A stretch of 17,653 bases of DNA from Ginkgo biloba (taxonomy: Eukaryota > Plantae > Ginkgophyta): contig JANKJI020000001.1 in NCBI GenBank assembly GCA_024626585.2, forward strand, positions 18,364,831-18,382,483, in the 5' to 3' direction. Below are positions 9,390-17,653 of this stretch, piece by piece; position 1 is the first letter of the stretch; every line of letters starts with the position of its first letter. The translations under genes and the position numbers were made by a program. Below the pieces are notes generated by a model. That model did not search any database. It had not been told where the DNA came from and saw only the letters and a program-made list of their open reading frames with translations.

Positions 9390-12300
9390 GAAACATAAAT
9401 AAGATATCAATTCATAACTATTTTTAGCCCATAAACTATGCATTTAAATGAACCATCCATGTAGTATATAACATTAACCATAGAATGTGCCAAAACTCAG
9501 AATAACATACATGATATAAATAAAAATGATCTTGCCATGTAGAAAATGGAGTGCATCCTTTAACTATTTTCCCTTCCTTTTGAATGTTTCAGTTTTAATT
9601 AGATTTAACAATGAAATGAGTAAATAACACCTAGAACCCACTCAACTTAACCTTACGACAACAAAGTGATTATTCCATAACTAGTAGGGAAGCAAGGACT
9701 AAACTTCCATGGAGACAAAAGTAAGAAAAATATTATGGAAAGAATGAAACATGTAGTGTTTCATAGGATAAACAAGCAAGATAAAGGAAAAAAACCCTCC
9801 AAGGATGAGAAAGACCTTGAGTGCAATGTAGAGTAATTATGAGAGAGGAAAAGGGAAGACAAAAATTAGATTTAGAATTTGACATACTTCTATAATCAAG
9901 ACATGGACATAAGTAAACAAACATACTTGAAATTCACCACTGATATATATGTAAGAGTACACACATTTACATGGAGGGTAAAGAAGGGATTAATCGAAGC
10001 CCCTAAGGCCTCTCTATTTGCTTAGTTCGTATACATTGGTTGTTAATGTGGGGGCTTATTGATCAAAATTAGGCCAAACTTCAGTAGAAAAAAATTACGT
10101 AGCTACAACTCCTCCAAAAAGTAAGCATTGAGGATACATGACATCAATCCATTAATTAATGAAGCTCTCAACTTACTATTAAGTGGCTGTAAGCCAACTT
10201 GCACACAAAATTAAGGGAATTCATGTTTGCATAATTTTTTAGAGTAATTTTCGTATTAGCATTCTCGCAAATGATTGGACCCCTTTGACACATTACAAAG
10301 TGTGCAATTAGAATTTTGTATTATATTCTGCATGAAAATGACGTGAATAACAATAGCACCGACTTTAATAAAGCAAGGACCATACCCGACAACTTCATAA
10401 ACCCATCCTTGTCATATGGGTTTGTAAACTTGAATCTCTATGTGACTAGACTCAACTAATTTGATTAAACTATGTCATCATATTATAATCAACATGAGTG
10501 TAAGGCATGGCCATTAGTTACAAGGTTTGATCTAAAGTCCCTAAAGGTGAAAGTCCCCTAATACATCTAGAAACTATAATCAAAGATCTTATAGCCTTGC
10601 AAAATTATTGCTTAAAAATAGGAAAAGATAGAGGACTAGTGANNNNNNNNNNNNNNNNNNNNNNNNNNNNNNNNNNNNNNNNNNNNNNNNNNNNNNNNNN
10701 NNNNNNNNNNNNNNNNNNNNNNNNNNNNNNNNNNNNNNNNNNTTACTTGAATTTGATTATAACTTCTTAATTTATAACTTCTTAATTTATAACCTTTTTC
10801 TCAATGTCTTTTTCTTCTAAAACTAAAAGGAAAAGTGCATAAGAGGACATGGGAATGCCCACACCTGGAATGAGGTAATGACAAGTTGCAAAGATGATGT
10901 TGAAGCCCAAATGCACTACTACTTCTCCTGTTGATTCCATCCTTTGATCAACAACTAGTATCACTATGAAAAGGCAAGGGGACTCCATAAAACTAGGGAG
11001 ACATTTCACGATGCTACTAACAAGGCCAAGCAACATACAAAATAAAGTATTTGGGTAAATACTAGAAGGATTTCTAATAATGAGGCCTAGGAGGTAGGTT
11101 TGAAATTAGGAAACAATATGAGTGAGAGGAAGAGTAGGGATAAAGGATGGAAGGTGCATTACGAGTTGTTGTGATAGGGATTATGGTTGTGTATGCGCCA
11201 AAAAAAATGATATCATAACATTACAATGCTAATTACCTCCCATTGAGCCACTTTGAGGCTTAATTTATAGATGTAGATGATGAATTTTACCTAATTAGAC
11301 CTCTATACCCATAATTCCCATGCAAACATGCCTTGTGACATGAAGGCAGTCTACAAAAATGAATAAGGAATTTGGAATTCCTTAAATATACATTTTTTTT
11401 TGATAAAAAAAGATCAACACTGCTTACAAGCACGCAGTTGTAGAGAATTCTACATAACAACATTCCCTTAGGCAACGTGTTGTCAAAGGGTGTGCTTAAA
11501 AGTGACATCAGATGCATAGAAATGCCATAGGCCTAATTTCTTAAAAGAGTAAAAAAAGGACAAAAGAAAGGCATTTAAAGGGAAAAAAGAAAGTAATTAA
11601 CATCACTGCAAAGGTTTAGGCCATTTATAACAAAACGATGATTAATTTTGAGTGTCCAGAAGGATCCAATGGAGCAACAATATTGGAATAGACGTACAAC
11701 AACCAACAAGCAACCCCTTCTTATTAGTAACAAAAAAATAATACACATGTAGTGTGACAAGGCTAGATTATTTCTTCAATGACCTAATCTACCCAAAATG
11801 TGGATTTGAGAGCCATAAGTGACATCTCATTATAAAAATATGAGTTTCATAACCTAAACCCTAATTTTGTGATACAATATCAACTAAAGTTCCAATATCA
11901 TTTTCCCTTTTTCAACAAGTATTGGTAATTTTGTTTGAATTAGATAATTTATTCCTAATTTCTTTTCAAATAAGAAACATAGAAAACATTATGGAGTCAA
12001 CCTTTATTTGGTAGATCTAATAAGTATGAAACTTGTTCAATCCTTCATCTAACCTAATATGAACCATAAAATTTTGGGGCTAGTTTTTTCCTTTTATTTC
12101 TTTTTAATAATTTTTTTTTATAGACACATAGACCCAATCGCTAACTAAAAATTTTGATTCTGAACAATTTTGGTTAAATTCTTGTTTCATTTAATATTGT
12201 GGATTTTATAAATGCTCCTTTAATATCTTAATAATATTTTTTTATTATTCCATATGATCTTTGATAATAAGAACTCATACTTTTGATGCAATATATGTTA

Positions 12301-12466
12301 ATATTTTAAGAAGAAGAGGAGAAGGAAGGAGAGGGAATGGAGTAATAAAATAAACTTTATTATTATNNNNNNNNNNNNNNNNNNNNNNNNNNNNNNNNNN
12401 NNNNNNNNNNNNNNNNNNNNNNNNNNNNNNNNNNNNNNNNNNNNNNNNNNNNNNNNNNNNNNNNNN

Positions 12467-12927
12467 ATAGCTCATGGGGAGGTCGGATAGGTGCACTAAA
12501 AGGGAGTTCAACTGGTTTCTATATTCTTGTACTATACTAGTTTGCTTCAAATTCTATAACTATGTGTAACACTCATACATCTCATTCTGAGGTGTATACT
12601 TCTTGTTCATGACTTGCTTTAATTCTTACCAGGTTGCAATGTTTTCCCTTATTCCATCTTCAATTTATGTTTGTATACTATTCCACCAATCTCTATCACT
12701 ATCCTTAAATGATAATAAAACCACAGTGACTTTGTTCTCCTTAGAAATGCCAAAAGTGTTAAAGAAAATTTCCACTGATCTTACCCATGCTCAAAAGGAC
12801 ATACTTATTATTGTACCATCGAAGTCAGGAATCTTCATGTTTCTAAATTGCCTTACATTTTTTAGCAATTCCCAATATTTCTTCAATCTATTGGGTGCAA
12901 ATTCTTACTCTGACTCATCTTCTGCAT
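12467..12927 (-). pseudogene. gag: Ty3/gypsy Gag (Retrotrans_gag domain) remnant
   Basis: Single frame: MKIPDFDGTIISMSF*AWVRSVEIFFNTFGISKENKVTVVLLSFKDSDRDWWNSIQT*...IATW*ELKQVMNKKYTP...T*L*NLKQTSIVQEYRNQLNSLLVHLSDLP. Six in-frame stops and no frameshift; an acidic N-terminal part continues to ~13100. ORF 12603..12998(+) is its antisense. Confidence 0.92.
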
Positions 12928-13116
12928 NNNNNNNNNNNNNNNNNNNNNNNNNNTGGCATAGGAAAAGAATCTTGTGCTTCTTCTTCAGGAAATTTTGAGG
13001 GTTAAGGTTCCTGCTTTCTTCTTCTTTCATAAGTCTAGAGAGGTTTTTCAAGAGTATTTTTCTCTTCTTCTAGACCTTCAGGATTGTAGTTTCCATATTG
13101 GAATTCTCCCTTATGG

Positions 13117-13128
13117 GCTCTGATACCA
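13117..13128 (-). promoter_or_regulatory. Primer-binding site complementary to the 3' end of tRNA-iMet
   Basis: Plus-strand gctctgatacca = TGGTATCAGAGC on the minus strand, 1 nt after the LTR end ...GGACTGTTATA (canonical ...TGTTACA with CA changed to TA). Confidence 0.95.
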
Positions 13129-13129
13129 C

Positions 13130-14461
13130 TATAACAGTCCCCACCTTAGACTTACAAGTCTAGTTAGTAATATATACATATAATTCACATAATTAGCACA
13201 GTAGAATAATTAGTATATAAATAATATCATGAGTCTATATTAACAATCACATGCATAAATCCCAATGAAAACAATCATAACTCATGATAGGTCTCAAGGA
13301 AAGACTGTTATGGACAAGATATACCATTGTTGACTAAGAGGATGTACACCCTCGGAGGACTTCATGCAACTACCAGCCAAACCTTGAGCACCATCAAGGT
13401 TCACCCTTAGTCCCAACAATATGGGTCCATATCCCTGTAGCTGGAAGAGTGCCAAGGTATCCCCTTTTGGCACTAGGACTCTCTNNNNNNNNNNNNNNNN
13501 NNNNNNNNNATGACTTGAAGGTATTCCCTCAATTGGAAGCCTCAATTTCCTTTAGAAATCAATAGTCATTAGGTTGTCACACAGATGGTCCTGAGGTCTT
13601 CCATCATATAAGAAAACCAAAATATCCTCTAGAGACTTGCGACTATGATCCTGAGGATTTCCCTCATAGGAGAAGAGCCACAACCCCCTTTAGGAACTGG
13701 TGATCAACAACTGTCTAGGCAACGATCAGNNNNNNNNNNNNNNNNNNNNNNNNNNNNNNNNNNNNNNNNNCCCAAGCGTCTGGAAACACATAAGCATGCC
13801 TAATGGACTAGTACTAACCCTAGTCAAGTAGATGAATATAATCCTCACAGTAGTTCCAGTATCACATAAGGTTCTAGGACTCGTATATTCACTAAACACC
13901 TTAACATCATAATTCCACATAGCAGATACCAACACCCTTGACAACTAGGGTTATAATTGATATTTCAACCAATGGACTAAGGCAANNNNNNNNNNNNCAT
14001 ACACATGCCATACAATCATACCCTCATCTATCTAGCCATAACACAATGCAACCAACAATACTACTCATAAGTACAATATGCATAAATATAAAGGCCTAGA
14101 GGAAAAATAGTCCATTATCATCATTAAGAAATCAAAGAAAAAACCCATAACTATAATCATGCCATCACAAATCATATAACATCATGAAATGGAGATCTTA
14201 CACCTTTAAATAAGACCTCAATGGCTAAGAAGTGATAGACGAAGCTTTTGGCAATAATTTGGGTCAAAACAACCTGCAATATAGTCTCTAACCGCTCCAC
14301 AACCCTTCAAAACCCTCTAGAAAGGGTGCACCATCAATCTAGCATCAATTTGGGCCTTCTACGGTCCAAAAAACCCTTCTCCAAGTCGCAAGAATACAAG
14401 AGAAGAAGTTTGCTAGCCTTCTGGAAGGCTTGGAGCAAAAAAATGGCATAATTCTAGAAGA
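13130..14461 (-). repeat. 5' LTR of the gypsy element (distal end uncertain)
   Basis: Ends immediately before the PBS and is non-coding. A reverse TATA box (ctatttatac = GTATAAATAG) lies at 14541-14550, just past a 79-N gap. Confidence 0.7.
13510..13705. repeat. Degenerate ~60-bp direct repeats inside the LTR
   Basis: atggtcctgaggtcttccatcatataagaaaaccaa (13585) vs atgatcctgaggatttccctcataggagaagagcca (13645): 27/36 identical at 60-nt spacing. A weaker third copy starts at 13510. Confidence 0.55.
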
Positions 14462-14700
14462 NNNNNNNNNNNNNNNNNNNNNNNNNNNNNNNNNNNNNNN
14501 NNNNNNNNNNNNNNNNNNNNNNNNNNNNNNNNNNNNNNNNCTATTTATACTTCACCAAACAATACTATTGACAAGAGAAATCCCCGCCATGCACCCACCG
14601 ACACAAAGCACAAGAAATTTGAGTCAACAACCTCGATATTAATATTTTTAAAGTGAATTTTATGTCATTATAATAATCGGGGAGGGAAAATGTGAGGTGC

Positions 14701-14870
14701 AGGGCGTGTTCAACAAATGACCCAACCCCACTCGATGAATGACCAAAGTTGTTCAACAAATGATAAAGGCTCATTCAATANNNNNNNNNNNNNNNNNNNN
14801 NNNNNNNNNNNNNNNNNNNNNNNNNNNNNNNNATAATAAAAGACCATTTGTCAAACAATGAAGGTCATTT
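14701..14870 (-). repeat. Degenerate 22-bp tandem repeat, inverted relative to 1109-1218
   Basis: Minus-strand units atgagcctttatcatttgttga / acaactttggtcattcatcga / gtggggttgggtcatttgttga / acacgccc. Shares gcctttatcattt exactly with 1179-1191. Weaker units continue after the 52-N gap. Confidence 0.7.
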
Positions 14871-15221
14871 GCTTACCAAAAACTTAATGACTCGTCATAA
14901 TTTTTAACTTGTTTTTTATTGGTCTTTTTGGATAAACAAGAGGGTGAACCCTTAGGAATGAAAACAACGACTTCAAAGATTAATGGGTGCCCGAAAATGA
15001 GGGCTCACACTCACACGAATCTAATGAACTAACAAAAGGGGGCTCTGTAAATGACTCAAAAGACTTTAAAACTTTTTTTTTTTTAAAGCNNNNNNNNNNN
15101 NNNNNNNNNNNNNNNNNNNNNNNNNNNNNNNNNNNNNNNNNNNNNNNNNNNNNNNNNNNNNNNNNNNNNNNNNNNNNNNNNNNNNNNNNTCAAAATTGTA
15201 TAAGACATCAATATGAGTAAT

Positions 15222-15454
15222 TTAGCTTATGTGCGTAACCCCCTCCTCCTCGTCATTGCATTTGAAGCTCCCAACAACATCGATCTGAGTAAAGTCGTGT
15301 TTATGAAAATTCTTCTCTAATCTGAGTAAAGCCATGTTTATGTAATCCATGGGAATCTTCTCTATCATGTAATAGATGTTGTGCTCTCCACAGAAATCCA
15401 ACATTTTATGTCTCCTTGATCCCACCAATCAAGCTGCCCCCTCAAATCGTCGAC
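15222..15454 (-). pseudogene. CAD: Last exon of a cinnamyl alcohol dehydrogenase-like gene (CAD/ELI3, MDR family), inactivated
   Basis: Splice acceptor ttttactttttAG ends at 15455, followed by (G)RRF/GGSLIGGIKET*/MLDFCGEHNIYYMIEKIPMDYINMALLRLEKN...IDVVGSFK. This matches the CAD C-terminus GGSxIGGxKETQEMLDFCxxHNI...IPMDYxNxAxxRLxKxDVxYRFVIDV. Lesions: 1-nt and 2-nt deletions and a Q-to-stop change. Upstream exons were not recognised in the contig. Confidence 0.92.
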
Positions 15455-15786
15455 CTAAAAAGTAAACAAATATGAATTAATCATCCCAAAAGCGAAAAAA
15501 AAAGAATCTCAGACACTCATGTGATAGAGAAAATTCAAATGGATTGATGAGAAAATGCTCTGCTCGGAGAACTTGTCAAGCTTCATTTTTTGTACTGGAG
15601 ACATGCTAATGACTGACACTTCTAATTCGAAAGCTTTGCCAAATTATCCCAAACCACCAAGGCCTACCACGCCCAAAATTTTCCTGGGCTATGTCATTTC
15701 GAAATGCCTCAGTGGGTTGTACTGTTATTCTCGCATAAAGAAATGGGGCAGCGACATCAAATGATAGATTTTCTTTAACCTTCAAG

Positions 15787-15858
15787 ACAAACCTATGAAC
15801 AAAATGGAAAAAATAAGGCTTCGGTACAAACCTGTGAACAAAATAGAAAAACAAAGCC
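15787..15858. repeat. 39-bp-period tandem duplication
   Basis: acaaacctatgaacaaaatggaaaaaataaggc (15787) vs acaaacctgtgaacaaaatagaaaaacaaagcc (15826). Confidence 0.75.
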
Positions 15859-16194
15859 ACCTATTGCAGAGAATTCAAATTATTAGGGTGTTGGGGACGA
15901 AATGGATGGAAAAAGGTGATTAATGCCACCTACCAAGCACATGGCCTCGGTGTGACAGAGATCCGATGGAGATACGCAGGACATCGTGGTCCACCTTGTA
16001 GCAGTTTGGGTTTCCCTTGATAACGTTGCAAAACTAGGTGAAGTGGCAAACTGGATATCCACCATCATCAAGGCATGGCATCCTACCATGTCGAGACATG
16101 CGATGCCATGGCATGGTGAGATGACAGGTACCGGCAATCATTGCCTATCTATCGCCTAGATAGTTTACTCCCCCGTGCACCCATGCAACCTTGG

Positions 16195-16384
16195 TATATA
16201 CAGAAATCCAACTTACTCATGATGATACATTTAGGGGCTACACATAATTTTATGGATAGAAGGCAAGTTAGAAGTTTGCAATTACAACTTAAGAGATGTA
16301 GATTTCCTATTATGATCCTAGGACATAAGAAACTCATATGTGAAGGGATCATAAAAAATATACAAGTAGAAATGGGTAAATATA
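16195..16384 (+). pseudogene. Ty3/gypsy retropepsin (aspartic protease) remnant with a dead catalytic motif
   Basis: LLMMIHLGATHNFMDRRQVRSLQL...FPIMILGHKKLICEGIIKNIQVEMGKY matches the chromovirus protease pattern VLIDSGATHNFID...LxCxG. Catalytic DSG reads HLG at 16228-16236; cut by an N-gap. Confidence 0.85.
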
Positions 16385-16484
16385 NNNNNNNNNNNNNNNN
16401 NNNNNNNNNNNNNNNNNNNNNNNNNNNNNNNNNNNNNNNNNNNNNNNNNNNNNNNNNNNNNNNNNNNNNNNNNNNNNNNNNNNN

Positions 16485-17622
16485 TTAAATATTTCGATGA
16501 GCACTCGGCTGACAACCACAGGAAAATAAATCAACTACGATAATTTTTCGACAAAGAAAACATTAAGAAAAAAAAACAAGCAGAAATTTACAAGAATAAT
16601 ATAAAATCAAGACGCAGTACTTTTTAACTAGAAAAACTCTCTTGGGAAATAAAATTCCATATCCTCATAAGATGAAAGAATGGTGCTTTGACCAATATAT
16701 CAAGTGCCTCCATGTCTTACAAATCCCACTAACGGAGGTAAATACAAAGTCCTTGGGAATTAATCCACGACGAACGATTTTACAAAGCCTTCGCACTTTC
16801 TGACACAAAACATTGGACGATAAGGCTTTGATTGCTCCCAATCTCAATTGGCCTTTCACGAGAGTTCTCCCCTCGGCACACCCGAACTCCACTCCTCGCC
16901 AAATACTAGCTTATTATTTCGAGCTCGTTGTTGAACTCACAACACTTCGCTCGCCCCTTTGCTCAACTTGCCACTACTACTAGTCACTCAAACATCTCCA
17001 CACACTCGATCTCTTCACCGCTTCTCCATCAATTTCTTCCTCCCTGAACCAACCCTTCTGCAAACATTCGCTCGACTCATAACCAAATGAACTAGCCAAC
17101 AACCAACTAACCAATGAACACCCAACTGCTCGACTCATAATGAAACAAACTAACCAACCCTTTTTTTCTCTCAGATCAGGGCTATTTATGCTTGAGCTCC
17201 AAATGGCTATCTGCGTCCTTCTCCTTTAGCTCTAATGGTTGGGTTAGGTGAGTAATCACGCCTCAACGGCTTCATCAATAAATGTTGCAATGTCTCTCAG
17301 TGGATTTTTCATTTGGCTCCCTGGTGCATGCATTTACATTTAATACGGTAGGTGCTCAACTCACCTTCCTAATTGTTGTTGTCTCATGTCGGGCTCCGTT
17401 GACCCATGTGGGTCACCTTATGCCTCATGCCAACCCTATTGGTCTTCGCCATGTTCCTCCTTCTTCGACGCATGCCGATTTGGACTTTTTCTAATGCATG
17501 TCAGTCTAGCTCCCCTCCAATGCATGTTGGTCTCCTCCAACGCATGTCGGATTACTCTGATATATGTTAGACTGCCGATGTTGTGCACCCTAATGCTGTT
17601 ACATCAATCTCCCTTTCTAACA
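16485..17622 (-). mobile_element. Probable Ty1/copia-type LTR (solo or 3' LTR)
   Basis: Minus strand starts TGTTAGAAAGGGAGATTGATG: TG at 17622, or TG at 17606 after a PPT-like AAAGGGAGAT. U3-like motif array at 17385-17570 and TATA-like CATAAATAG at 17182-17190. Plus-strand ttttaactagaaaaactctcttgggaaataaaattcc (16622-16658) resembles the TTTAACGTGGAAAACCC...GGGAAAAACC motif of copia U5 regions. No coding domain confirms the call. Confidence 0.5.
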
Positions 17623-17653
17623 AAAAGTTGTAGGTCCTCCTACAAACATCGTG

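Larger units (their letters stand above)
12467..14461 (-). mobile_element. 5' portion of a Ty3/gypsy LTR retrotransposon (probably chromovirus branch): LTR, PBS, gag
   Basis: LTR end, tRNA-iMet PBS and Retrotrans_gag remnant in the correct order and orientation; truncated by the gap at 12466. The distal LTR boundary is unresolved (may extend to ~14630). Confidence 0.9.
1259..16484. other. Assembly gaps; 100-N placeholders at 1259-1358, 4303-4402, 7791-7890, 10643-10742, 12367-12466, 15090-15189, 16385-16484
   Basis: Counted N runs. Nine further gaps have other lengths (12-201 N). Confidence 0.95.

Noticed and set aside
9930-10440. Possible MuDR SWIM-region relic on the minus strand (WVYEV...NCTLCN...; EVWP...IERP)
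   Set aside because: The CxC...CxH spacing cannot be recovered without several ad hoc frameshifts; a profile search would be needed.
10782-11760. Short minus-strand ORFs as exons of a host gene
   Set aside because: No recognisable protein motifs or consistent splice phase.
12603-12998. 131-aa plus-strand CDS
   Set aside because: Antisense shadow of the gag frame, and it spans an N-gap.
12467-16384. Gag and protease as parts of one element
   Set aside because: They are on opposite strands, in incompatible order, and separated by a 100-N join.
1-17653. A novel multi-gene biological system
   Set aside because: Every identifiable coding segment is an inactivated TE or pseudogene fragment, and neighbourhood is unreliable because of the scaffold gaps.

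Overview
AT-rich, repeat-dominated land-plant nuclear DNA from a fragmented draft scaffold. It has 16 N-gaps, seven of them exactly 100 N, so contig adjacency is unreliable. No intact protein-coding gene is present. Recognisable content: (i) two decayed L1-type LINEs on the minus strand (copy A: ORF1 zinc knuckle, APE endonuclease and RT start; copy B: ORF1 tail and endonuclease start); (ii) the 5' end of a Ty3/gypsy element on the minus strand (LTR, tRNA-iMet PBS, gag with in-frame stops); (iii) a separate gypsy aspartic-protease remnant on the plus strand; (iv) a probable copia-type LTR at the right end; (v) a frameshifted last exon of a cinnamyl-alcohol-dehydrogenase-like gene; (vi) a CpG-decayed 22-bp tandem repeat present twice, in opposite orientations. 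Most listed ORFs are antisense shadows of TE frames or run through N-gaps. I found no evidence for a novel multi-gene system. The most interesting signals concern mutational history (C-to-T decay, a template-switch-like lesion in the CAD exon) and an unassigned repeat family.
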